Assembly: GCA_963841435.1 (NCBI GenBank)
Contig: CAWJCS010000005.1
Location: forward strand, 832,001-896,000
Reading direction: 5' to 3'
DNA: 64,000 bases
Source: an uncultured delta proteobacterium
GTDB taxonomy: Bacteria; Myxococcota_A; Polyangia; Polyangiales; Polyangiaceae
The notes beneath the pieces are model-generated. The model made no database searches, was not told where the DNA came from, and saw only the letters and a program-made list of their open reading frames with translations. Positions 43,529 through 52,698 of the stretch are shown one piece after another. Position 1 is the stretch's first letter. The number at the start of each line of letters is the position of its first letter. A program made the translations under genes and the position numbers.

Positions 43529-44818
43529 TCACGTAACATCACCACCGCTTAGCTCCTCCACCACGAGCTCGAACCGACCGAAATCGAAAGGCAACCCTGG
43601 CGCCGCTTCCACGGGCTGGAGCCGCTCGCGTTTCCCCTGCCGCTCGAGCTCGAGAGCTCGATGGTGGCAATAGGGGTTGTTGCCGGCCTTGCCGAACAGC
43701 ACGAACAACGTCCAAGTGCAGCCAGCACGGCACACGGAAGCGTAGTAGCAGGTGCGACATAGCCCCCACAGGTCGTCCACGGTGCGATCACGCGTGTAGC
43801 GGAGCGGAGCCGCGCGCTCCCAGATGTCCTTGAGCGAAGCGTCGCGCACGTTGCCACCGATCCAGGAGGCACTCGGGAGCGACGGGCAGCCCTTGATACT
43901 CCCGTCCGCCTCGATGCCGAGCGTGGAGCGGCCCGCTCCACAGGAGGCCAGGTGCCCCCTCGGCAGGGTGCCACGAAGCACTGTTTCGTAGGGTCCGAAG
44001 TAACCGACGTTGTTACCGGGCCACAGGCGCACGCCGAGAGCCTTTGCCCGCTTCGCGATGTCACCGAGCGTCGGAAACAGCGTCAGCATGTCGTACGGTT
44101 GAAGCAGCACGTCCGGCTCGTCGGCAGCGCGCCCCATCGCCACGGTGAGCTGGATCTGCCAGCTGTGGCAGCCCTCGCGCCCGATGAGCTCCAGTAGCTC
44201 CGGCAGCTCCGGCAGGCTCAGTCGATTGATCTGGGTGTTGCAGGCCACCTGTACGCCGGCATCGCGAAAGTGTCGGAGCGCGGCCAGAGCGGAGTCGAAC
44301 GAGCCGGAAACGCCTCGCAGCCGATCGTGCGTTTCGGCGAGGCCGTCGAGCGAGACGCTGACGCTGCGGAGCCCTGCGTTCCTCGCCTGCGCCGCGAGCT
44401 CCGGCGTGACGCCGCGGCCTCCCGTCGTCAGCGTCGAGGTCATGCCGTGTCGTGCGATGGCTAGGACGATCTCGGTCCAATCTTCCCGCAAATATGCTTC
44501 ACCGCCGATTAGCGTGACCTCGGACACGCCGAGCTCGGCCATCTGACGGACCAGGTCGAGACATTCGGCCGTGTCGAGCTCGTCGGGACGCGCGTGACCG
44601 GCTCGCGAGCCGCAGTGTCGGCACGCAAGATTGCAGGCGAGCGTGATCTCCCAAACCGCGTACGTCGGAGTCCAACGCCGATCCCTTTCGCGTGCCTCCG
44701 CCGCGAGAGGCAGGTTGCGGCGCGGCGCCGGCGCCTTGGGGGCGATGGGAAGCGACCGCGGTCGCTGCGCCTCGAGCAATGCACGGCGCTCCTTCGAAAT
44801 CGAACCGTCACCCGCCAT
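43529..44818 (-). CDS. Radical SAM/SPASM peptide maturase, PlpX/splicease-like
   Basis: 'AVWEITLACNLACRHCGSRAG' (CxxxCxxC), 'LIGGEAYLR', SPASM 'CGAGRSTLGIEADGSIKGCPSL..CRTCYYASVCRAGCTWT..NNPYCHHR'. Confidence 0.9.
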   Translation of the reverse strand: MAGDGSISKERRALLEAQRPRSLPIAPKAPAPRRNLPLAAEARERDRRWTPTYAVWEITLACNLACRHCGSRAGHARPDELDTAECLDLVRQMAELGVSEVTLIGGEAYLREDWTEIVLAIARHGMTSTLTTGGRGVTPELAAQARNAGLRSVSVSLDGLAETHDRLRGVSGSFDSALAALRHFRDAGVQVACNTQINRLSLPELPELLELIGREGCHSWQIQLTVAMGRAADEPDVLLQPYDMLTLFPTLGDIAKRAKALGVRLWPGNNVGYFGPYETVLRGTLPRGHLASCGAGRSTLGIEADGSIKGCPSLPSASWIGGNVRDASLKDIWERAAPLRYTRDRTVDDLWGLCRTCYYASVCRAGCTWTLFVLFGKAGNNPYCHHRALELERQGKRERLQPVEAAPGLPFDFGRFELVVEELSGGDVT

Positions 44819-44983
44819 CCCGAGCCGTTGTTAGCACCTGGCGGCCACCGTGGCCAGGCGCCGGCAGCTTCGCCATCGGGCGCTCGATTCAGATTGAAAC
44901 GACGAGAAGCGTCAAGTTGATGGGCCCGCACGGGGTCCTGGCTCGTTCGAAGTTCGATCACTCGGCAATCTCGGTGTCCTGCG

Positions 44984-45350
44984 CCAAGGTGAAACGAACT
45001 GGGAAAATCGTGCTGAGGGACGGCAGCGAGCCGGGGTAGCGGGCCCCTGAAGGCCGGAGATTGGGGCAGCCGACGGGCGGCGCACTGCTCAGCGGCGGGG
45101 TGTCGGCTGTTCGGAGCTCTCGCGAGCCGGGAGGGGCGCACACGCTCGCCGGAGGCGAGCCGGAAGGGGGAACCGGCTCAGCGCGTGAACGGCAACGCGA
45201 GCTGCCCGAGCGGGGGCGGCTTGGGTGCCGGACGTGGTCGCGGCGCGAGCCCCAGCCGGGCGAGCAGGTCGCGAGCCGAGTCGGCGGTGGCAGCCGCCTC
45301 GACCCAGCGCATCGCGCCGCCGCAGCGGGGGCACGTATCAAGGTCGGGGT
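44984..45350 (-). mobile_element. IS91-family 3' end, reverse orientation, with oriIS-like end B
   Basis: 'DLDTCPRCGGAMRWVEAA..LGQLALPFTR*'; terminus (rev.) TTTCCCAGTTCGTTTCACCTTGG. Confidence 0.8.
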
Positions 45351-45354
45351 CCGC

Positions 45355-46086
45355 CGCTGCCGAGAGAGCCGAGCCCCGCGCCGACGACCCGGTCGCCGAC
45401 CACCGGGGCGTCAACGTGCACGCCAAGCAGTCCGTCGACGGCCGCGACCGACGACAGCTCGAGCGGCTGTGCCGCTACATCACCCGGCCGCCGATTGCAC
45501 AGGACCGGCTCGCTCGCCTGCCCGCCGGCTCGCTCGAGCTCCGCCTCAAGCACCCGTGGAAGGACGGCACGCGCGCCGTCGTGCTCGAGCCGGATGATCT
45601 CTTGGTCCGGCTCGTCGCCTCGGTGCCCCCGCCGCGCTGGCATTTACTTCGGTACTTTGGCGTCATCTCGAGCCATTCGCGACTGCGCTCAGAAGTGGTC
45701 CCGCATTCGCCCGCTGATCCAAGTGCCACCGCGCCGCCGCCTGCTCCGGGCGATCAGCTCGAGCTCGCGCTCGATGCCGAGGCGGCTCGCAAGCTGCTCG
45801 CGCGCCTTGGGCTCGGTCCGCGTCCGCCGCCGGCACCCAACCCACCGCCGCTCGGGCAGCTCGCGCTGCCGTTCCCGCGGTGAGCCGGCCCAATCCGGCT
45901 TCGCCTTGGCCGAGCGTGCGTGCGCTTGCCGCCCCAAGACCCGAAAAGCCGGCCCTCTTCCGCTCCCCCTCCTGCTCTTTTGCCCTCTCGCCCCTCTCGC
46001 CTCCCCACCGCGGCGGGGTCAGGCGTCACCCACCAAAGCCTCCGCCCGCCCCTCACCCTCGTTTTCCCAGTTCGAATGCCCTTGGC
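45355..46086 (+). mobile_element. IS91-family transposase 3' half (internally deleted) with oriIS-like end B
   Basis: 'GVNVHAKQSVDGRDRRQLERLCRYITRPP', 'HLLRYFGVIS'; terminus TTTCCCAGTTCGAATGCCCTTGG. Confidence 0.85.
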
Positions 46087-46094
46087 GCCGCGGC

Positions 46095-46190
46095 CAGCGG
46101 TCCGGCCCGCAGGCTGGATCGCATATTCCGCGATCCGTAAAGTCCAGCACGCCATCCACCGCGACGGATGCGTTTGCTTCGCCTATCCCC
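46095..46190 (+). repeat. ~100-bp element A, copy 3
   Basis: Near-identical to 4241-4337. Confidence 0.9.
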
Positions 46191-46530
46191 CACCGACGAC
46201 GCCACTGGCCCGTGCGTTCCACGTGGGCAGTGCACTCGCGAGCGAACGCGGTCCGCTGACGAAAATGGCTCCCGCGCTGATCGCCTGACGCCAGCCGAGG
46301 CGGCCGACGTGCCACAGGGTGAACGGCTGCGAGCGCGCCCTGACCCGCAGATCCGGCTCGAATCCCGGCCGGGAGTAGCAGAGCTCGGCATCCCCTCGCT
46401 CGATCAAGAACCAGAAGCGCCGGTAGCTCGGCGGCTCCTCGGGAAACTCGAACTCGACCACCACCCGTCGGGCCGGGAGCTTGTCGCGCCGGAGGTGCAC
46501 ATGGACCCATGCCCAGAGGACGAACGACCC
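46191..46530 (-). pseudogene. C-terminal fragment of an HxlR-type regulator (SCP2-like domain)
   Basis: 'RRVVVEFEF..RFWFLIERGDAELCYSRPGFEPDLRV..GPRSLASALPTW'; no HTH present, cut by repeat A. Confidence 0.6.
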
Positions 46531-46613
46531 CGCGATGCTGCAACACGGGTGGACCCGAGGCCAAGTACAGATTTTGTCCTTGATAGAAAGCCCCTCGCCC
46601 ATAGAGTCGGCCC

Positions 46614-47408
46614 ATGACTTCCGACGGTCAGGTCAATCGTGATGCCGCCTCGATCTACGAGGATTTCTTCGTAAAAGCCCTGTTTGCCGAGTGGGCTCCG
46701 AGAGTTGCGGACGCGCTGGAGCCCTACGCCGAGGGCCGCCTGCTCGACGTCGCGTGCGGGACGGGCGTACTCGCTCGGGAGCTTGCCCGCCGGGTGGGCC
46801 CGGGGCGCGTGTGCGGCCTCGACCGCAACGAGGGCATGCTGGCCGTCGGCCGGCGCCTCGTGCCGGACATCGACTGGCGAAACGGGCGCGCCGAGGAGCT
46901 GCCGTTCGCGTCCGGCGAGTGTGCGGCGGTCGGGAGCCAGTTCGGGCTGATGTTCTTCGAGGATCGCGCTCGGGCGCTACGCGAGATGTGGCGCGTGCTC
47001 GCGCCCGGAGGCCGGCTGGCGGTGGCCGTGTGGGGACCTCTTTCGGACACGCCGGGCTATCGCGCGATGGTCGACCTCTTGCGGTCCCTGTTCGGCAACG
47101 AGATCGCCGACGAGCTCACGGCGCCCTTCTGCCTGGGCGACGTCTCGCTGCTGCGAGACCTGCTGCACAGCGCAGATATCCCAGACCCCACGATCGAGAC
47201 CGTGGTCGGCACCGCGCGATTCCCCTCCATCGAGTCGTGGATTCACACCGACGTGAAGGGCTGGACGCTTGCTGACCGGATCGACGAGGAGCAGTACGAG
47301 CTGCTGAAGCGACGGGCGCCGGCAGCCCTTGCGGACCACGCCCTCGCCGACGGACGGGTGGAGTTCGCCAGCCCGGCGCACATCGTCTCCGCTCGGAAGG
47401 CACGCTGA
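46614..47408 (+). CDS. Class I SAM-dependent methyltransferase
   Basis: 'LLDVACGTGV', 'AEELPF', 'QFGLMFFEDR..RVLAPGGRL'. Confidence 0.92.
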   Translation: MTSDGQVNRDAASIYEDFFVKALFAEWAPRVADALEPYAEGRLLDVACGTGVLARELARRVGPGRVCGLDRNEGMLAVGRRLVPDIDWRNGRAEELPFASGECAAVGSQFGLMFFEDRARALREMWRVLAPGGRLAVAVWGPLSDTPGYRAMVDLLRSLFGNEIADELTAPFCLGDVSLLRDLLHSADIPDPTIETVVGTARFPSIESWIHTDVKGWTLADRIDEEQYELLKRRAPAALADHALADGRVEFASPAHIVSARKAR

Positions 47409-47529
47409 GCTCCAGGCACTACCCGTGGCTTGCCGTCGTCCCAGCGACGCCTCGAGCCAACTCGTACTCTACTGTACGAAAACGGTCAGAGCTGCTATCT
47501 CCTGGGCGCATACGAGCGCCGACTCGCCC

Positions 47530-48141
47530 ATGGCCAGCAAGACCCCATCGCCTCCTCGCCGTGCCGATGCCCGCCGGAACATCGAGATCATCGTCGCAGC
47601 CGCCGAGCGCCGCCTGGCCCGCGACCCCGACGCCAGCATGAGCGACATCGCCAGCGAGGCAGGCCTGGGGAGAATCACGATCTACGGTCACTTCAAGAAA
47701 CGGGCAGAGCTGGTCGAAGTCGTGGCCCGACGCGTGCTCACCGATGCCAATACGCTTCTAAGGGGCGTCAACCTGCGCGGCGGGCCCGCGCCCGCGCTCG
47801 CACGGCTCGTCCAAGCCTCCTGGGAGGTGACGGCGCGCTCCGGGAGCCTGGTCGTTGCCGCAGAGAGGGCGCTCTCGCCTCAGGTCTTGCGAGAGCTTCA
47901 CGCTGGAGAGCTCGAGGATCGAGTGCGGCGCTTCGTCGCGCGCGGCCAGCGCGAGCGCGCGTTTCGCTCCGACCTTTCGACGGATTGGCTCGTGGCGCTC
48001 TTCCACGCGACGTTGCACTCGGCCGTGAACGAGGTCCACGCCGGCAGGCTCGATGGCAACAGAGCCGCGGAGACCGTCACGCGTACCCTGCTCGGAGCCT
48101 ATCAACCGCCTTCGGAGTCTCGCGGTCGCGCACGTCGATGA
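47530..48141 (+). CDS. TetR-family regulator
   Basis: 'RADARRN..ASMSDIASEAGLGRITIYGHF'. Confidence 0.9.
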   Translation: MASKTPSPPRRADARRNIEIIVAAAERRLARDPDASMSDIASEAGLGRITIYGHFKKRAELVEVVARRVLTDANTLLRGVNLRGGPAPALARLVQASWEVTARSGSLVVAAERALSPQVLRELHAGELEDRVRRFVARGQRERAFRSDLSTDWLVALFHATLHSAVNEVHAGRLDGNRAAETVTRTLLGAYQPPSESRGRARR

Positions 48142-48248
48142 GCGGGGGCGGTCCGCTGACGGAAGGCAGCGAGCATCGCAACCTATGGAACTTCAAGGAT
48201 AAATGCGTTGCCTCCCGGCGACGTTCGGCAGGGCGCACGCGACAGTTG

Positions 48249-48292
48249 TCATACACAACTGTACGAGTTATAAGATGTACTCAACTGTACGA
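48249..48292. promoter_or_regulatory. Putative TetR operator pair (TAC-N-C-(A/T)-ACTGTACGA); third copy at ~47464-47479
   Basis: TACACAACTGTACGAG and TACTCAACTGTACGAG upstream of the DHFR-like gene; TACTCTACTGTACGAA upstream of tetR. Confidence 0.55.
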
Positions 48293-48360
48293 GATGCTGC
48301 CGCGGGCCCCTTCCTACCCCAACACCTTGCCGGCCTGACCGGCACACAGGAGCACCAGCC

Positions 48361-48993
48361 ATGTCACTCCTCCGTGTCCATAACTTCTCGATCTCGCTCG
48401 ACGGCTTCGGCACGGGCGAAGGTCAGAGCCGCGACGCGCATTTCGGTCACGCCGGCGATCGACTGCACACGTGGATGTTCGCCACTCGATGGTGGGCCCG
48501 TGGCAAACCCGGCGGCAGCGGCGGCGTTGACGACGCCTTCACGCGGCAGTTCGAACCCGGAATCGGCGCCGAGATCATGGGTGCCGGGAAGTTCGGACAT
48601 CCCGGATGGCACGATGACCCGAACTGGAAGGGCGCTTGGGGCCCCAACCCGCCCTTTCACACGCCTGTATTCGTACTGACGCATCACACGCAACCGTCGA
48701 TCGAGATGGAGGGCGGCACGACCTTCCACTTCCTCGACGCCTCGCCGGCCGACGCGCTCAAAGCGGCGCGCGAGGCGGCGGGAGGTGGTGACGTGCGTCT
48801 CGGCGGAGGCGCTACCACGATCCGTGAGTTCCTTATCGCAGGACTCGTCAACTACTTGCATGTCGTAGTGGTCCCAATCCTGCTCGGCCGGGGCGTGCGT
48901 CTTTGGGACGGGCTCGAGGGCCTCGAGAAAGAGTACAGGGTCGAAGCCACCTCCTCACCGAGCGGAGTCACGCACGTGACGTTCACGCGTTGA
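48361..48993 (+). CDS. Dihydrofolate reductase/RibD C-terminal family protein
   Basis: 'FSISLDGFG', 'PPFHTPVFVLTHH', 'GGGATTIREFL..VPILLGRG'. Confidence 0.92.
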   Translation: MSLLRVHNFSISLDGFGTGEGQSRDAHFGHAGDRLHTWMFATRWWARGKPGGSGGVDDAFTRQFEPGIGAEIMGAGKFGHPGWHDDPNWKGAWGPNPPFHTPVFVLTHHTQPSIEMEGGTTFHFLDASPADALKAAREAAGGGDVRLGGGATTIREFLIAGLVNYLHVVVVPILLGRGVRLWDGLEGLEKEYRVEATSSPSGVTHVTFTR

Positions 48994-49076
48994 GATGTGC
49001 GCCCGGCGGCGAGGCTAGCGGGGAAGCATCTGGGCTTACACGTGGGTCAGCGGCCTCTTGCCGCACGCAGTTGACA

Positions 49077-49490
49077 TCATGAGCCTGTCGCGATCTCGTC
49101 GTAGCCGCGCCCTTTGAACTCGAGCAGGCAGAAGCCGTGCCCAAACGGATCGGCGAGCAGTGCCAAGCGTCCCCAGGCGTGCTCGCGAATCCCACCCTCG
49201 CGCTTCGCACCTGCGGCCTCGGCACGCTGAACCGCGGCATCGAGGTCGGTGATCACGAAGTCGAGATGCACCGGCGTCCAGTGCCGGCCGTGGTCACGAG
49301 GCCGCGGCGCACCGGCGAACGGCGTGGAGTCGACGAGCTTGACCAGGAGGTATATCGGCACCTCGCCACCGCGTAGCTCGACGGCGCCCTCGCCGAACTG
49401 TCGCGCCACGTGCAGCTCGAACGCTTCCGTGTAGAAGCGGACACCTCGTTCGAGGTCATCAACGTCGATATTCACGAGCAGCCGCGTCAT
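49077..49490 (-). CDS. VOC/glyoxalase family protein
   Basis: 'VNIDVDDLERGVRFY', 'WTPVHLDFV', 'ADPFGHGFCLL'. Confidence 0.88.
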   Translation of the reverse strand: MTRLLVNIDVDDLERGVRFYTEAFELHVARQFGEGAVELRGGEVPIYLLVKLVDSTPFAGAPRPRDHGRHWTPVHLDFVITDLDAAVQRAEAAGAKREGGIREHAWGRLALLADPFGHGFCLLEFKGRGYDEIATGS

Positions 49491-49494
49491 CTGC

Positions 49495-49735
49495 GCAGAT
49501 CCTACCACCGCGCGAGCTCGCCTACCCAGGGGCTCGGTGCCCTCGCTGAGAAGATCGACATACGGTGAGTACGCGAAGACACGGTTGCGAGCGTACCCGG
49601 TGAGCTCGCGGACGATGCCGAGCTTGGTCATGCGATCGAGGGCCGAGGCGACGGTCGGATAGGTCAGCCCAAGGCCCTGCTGCACCTCGCGGATCCCGGT
49701 GATCGGCTTTCTTTGAAGGTACTCGTGGGCGCGAG
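49495..49735 (-). pseudogene. C-terminal HTH fragment of a Fic-family protein
   Basis: 'YLQRKPI..LGLTYPTVASALDRMTKLGIVRELTGYARNRVFAY'. Confidence 0.6.
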
Positions 49736-49739
49736 AGGG

Positions 49740-50204
49740 CCCGGCGGTCGCGCGCTCCTCTCGAAGCTCGCCGAGGCACTGTTCGTCGATACGCTGCGGC
49801 GGTATATGGCGCAGCTCCGCAAAGACGATCGGAGTTGGCTCGCCGCGGCGCGGGACCCGGCCGTCGGAGCCGCGCTCGCGTCGATGCACCGCTATCCATC
49901 GCGGGCGTGGACGGTGGCCGGGCTGGCGAAAGGGGCGGGCGTGTCGCGCACGGTGTTCGCCGATCGGTTCGTCGAGGCGCTCGGGCAGACGCCGCTCGCG
50001 TATCTCGCGCGCTGGCGGCTGTGGCTCGGAGCGACGCGGCTGCAGACCGGCGACGAGAGCGTGATGGAGGTCGCGCTCCAGGTTGGATACGAGTCGGAGG
50101 CGGCGTTCGACCGAGCCTTCAAGCGCGAGTTCGGGCTGCCGCCGGCGCGCTATCGGAAGCAGAAGCGCGCCGAGCTCCTCGACCATCAGCGCAAGCAGGC
50201 GTAG
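49740..50204 (+). pseudogene. AraC regulator C-terminal half (paralogue of 33931-34923)
   Basis: 'LAEALFVDTLRRY..GVSRTVFADRF..VGYESEAAFDRAFKR'; N-terminal cupin missing. Confidence 0.8.
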
Positions 50205-50316
50205 ATAACGTCGCGCAGGCGCAAAGTTGGCTCAAAAACCAGCTGGCTGTGCTGATGAGAAGCGCCGAAACGTGCGGCGTGAGGGCCGGGCATGCACCTT
50301 GTGACGCCGCTCGGCT

Positions 50317-51066
50317 GTGGGCCACCCGGCGCACGACCTCGAGCAGCACGGCACGCGCCGCCCCGACGGCTACGCCCGCCGCCGGCCGGAAGACACGGTG
50401 CTCTACCAGACCGTGGCCGAGCGCTGGCCCCTGTTTCGCGAGCAGATGGAGCAGCAAGGCGGGTTGCCGAAGTTCGTGGTGAGGGAGTTCGAGGAGTACT
50501 TGAAGTGCGGGATCCTCGAAGAGGGTTGTCTACACCTCGTGTGCCGGAGCTGCGGCTACTCGCAGGTCGTGGCCTTGAGCTGCAAGAAGCGCGGCTTCTG
50601 CCCGGGCTGCCTGGGCCGGCGGATGGCCGATACGGCCGTCCACTTGGAGGAGCGCGTGCTGCCGGCCGTGCGAGTGCGCCATTGGATTCTGCTCTCTGCC
50701 CTGGGGCCTCAGGGCGCTGCTCGGCTACGACCGGGAGCTGTGCGCCAAGGTCGTGAGCGCGTTCGTGGGCGAGCTCTGCCGCTCGCTGAAGAGGAGAGCA
50801 AAGCGACAGCTCGGGCTCGCGAGCGTCGCGCAAGCGCACACCGGCGCCGTCTGCGCGGTGCAGAGGACGGACGGGGCCCTCCGGCTCAACGTCCATCTCC
50901 ACGTGCTCTCGCTCGACGGCGTCTACGTGCGCGACTCCGAGAGCGCCGCGCTCGTGTTCGAGAGCTCGGCACGCCCAGCCACGCCGAGGTGCTCGACGTG
51001 GCCCGCTGATCCAAGTGCCACCGCGCCGCCGCCTGCTCCGGGCGATCAGCTCGAGCTCGCGCTCGA
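50317..51066 (+). mobile_element. IS91-family transposase 5' half (Zn-binding domain plus HUH motif), frameshifted
   Basis: 'EFEEYLKCGILEEG..CRSC..SCKKRGFCPGC', 'LRLNVHLHVLSLDGVY'; last 66 bp match 45709-45774. Confidence 0.88.
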
Positions 51067-51219
51067 AAGCCGCGACGTGCCGCCGCGCGGTGTCACGTCG
51101 GCGATTGTGTCGCCACGTTTCGCGAATGCGGCAGAATCGAGCCGTTAGCTCGGAAGCGCTCGAGAGGCGCCTCAGGCCTGCGGGGTTCCGCACCGGCTCG
51201 GCGTTGACAGAACGGCCAC

Positions 51220-51575
51220 GGTGACGCGCGAGGTGGCGACGTCGGCAACCGTGCCGGTGATTTCGGGCGGGTTACCGAAGTTGCCGAGCCGGATCTCGTC
51301 GTCGTCGAGCGGCTCGATCCCCATGGCCCGCGCGATCGCCTGCCCGCTCGGCAGCCGCATGCGAAACCCACGCAAGAGGTTGCGCTCGGCGAGCACGTCC
51401 TGTCGATGACCTCGCTCGAGAACGATGGCCGGCAAGAAGTCGTTCAGCACCATCCATTGGTAATGAAAGCGTACTTCGCGCTGCACGCGCTCGAAATCCC
51501 AATCGCAGTGGTCGGTGGCGATCTCGTTGTGGAAGCGATGAAACAGCCCTTGAAGCTGCGAGACGATGACGTCTC
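51220..51575 (-). pseudogene. Animal-type heme peroxidase fragments
   Basis: 'LQGLFHRFHN..VRFHYQWMVLNDFLPAIV' fused to 'LAERNLLRGFRMRLPSGQAIARAMG'. Confidence 0.7.
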
Positions 51576-51937
51576 GTCGTTGCGTGGATCTCCGATGAAG
51601 GCTCGCTGTCGCCATGCGCACGTCGTCCGCGCCGTCGCCGCCGCGCGGGGCGCTTTCGCCGCCCCAGGTGGCGACGATGTGGCCCGAGGTGGTCGACGCA
51701 TGCGGTTCGATCGCGGCGCCTCGGTTGCAGAAAGCCCCAACCGTGTCGCACAAGCTGCGTGGGGCGCTTTTGGCAGCGTGACGTTTGCGCGGCCGCAAGC
51801 CCAGGCCGCACCGGAATGCCAGCGAAAAAGGGGCATGGAGCCCGTGTTTCCGCCGAGGCATGCGACTTGCGACGCAGCTCACCATGACCATGGTCCTTGT
51901 CGCCGGCACGACGTGTGGCCTTGCTCCGGCTTTGCTG

Positions 51938-52019
51938 CCCACCCCGGCGGGGTCAGGCGTCACCCACCAAAGCCTCCGCCCGCCCCTCACCCTCGTTTTC
52001 CCAGTTCGAATGCCCTTGC
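51938..52019 (+). mobile_element. Isolated IS91 oriIS-like end B
   Basis: Near-identical to the 46005-46085 region. Confidence 0.8.
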
Positions 52020-52103
52020 CGCGCACGAGCCGCGGACCTGCGCGCCCACGTAGGGAGGAGGACTTCATCCTGTGATGTCGTTGCTGTATCCTACGAAACT
52101 CAG

Positions 52104-52682
52104 GTGCGCATCCTTCGAACATGGCTGTGTGCCATCGTCGCTGGCGGCGCTGGTCTAGTTGCTGCTCCGGCAACGGCCGATCCAGCGACTACCAATGTGC
52201 TCCAGCTTGGAGTCGGTTTCCGATACGGCCTCGATCTGACGCCCGGCGACACCCTGAACCCGTGGGGCCTCGGCCTCGGACTGGACGGCGGTTACACGTT
52301 GCCGAACGCCGTGTTCCTCGGGGGCAGCTTCGAGTACTTCTTCGGCGAAGAAATCGGCGACGATCTCAACGGCGCGAGCGCTAACCTCTGGCAGCTCTCG
52401 GCGGAGTCGGGATACGACCTCGGGATCAACGTCGTCGTCCTGCGGCCGAAGCTCGGCCTCGGCGTCGCAAACGTTCATGCGAAGTCCTGCGCCCCCGCGA
52501 TGTCGGAGGCAGGAGGCAGCGCCTGCGCGTCTCACACCAAGACGTACTTCGCCCTGGTGCCCGGTGCTACCTTCATCGTCCTACCTGGTCGGTTCAGCCT
52601 GACTGCTGACGTACGCTATGAGTTGGTTTTCGCCAGTCAGACGGGTCACGGCCTGCTCTTCACGTTTGGGGTGGGCTTTTGA
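52104..52682 (+). CDS. Small outer-membrane beta-barrel protein
   Basis: Signal peptide, alternating beta-strand pattern, C-terminal Phe (..LLFTFGVGF). Confidence 0.75.
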   Translation: MRILRTWLCAIVAGGAGLVAAPATADPATTNVLQLGVGFRYGLDLTPGDTLNPWGLGLGLDGGYTLPNAVFLGGSFEYFFGEEIGDDLNGASANLWQLSAESGYDLGINVVVLRPKLGLGVANVHAKSCAPAMSEAGGSACASHTKTYFALVPGATFIVLPGRFSLTADVRYELVFASQTGHGLLFTFGVGF

Positions 52683-52698
52683 AGCCGTGGGCCGATAC

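Noticed and set aside
49077-50186. 369-aa ORF as one multidomain protein
   Set aside because: It is antisense AraC sequence plus a Fic-HTH tail plus a VOC gene joined in frame by a rearrangement.
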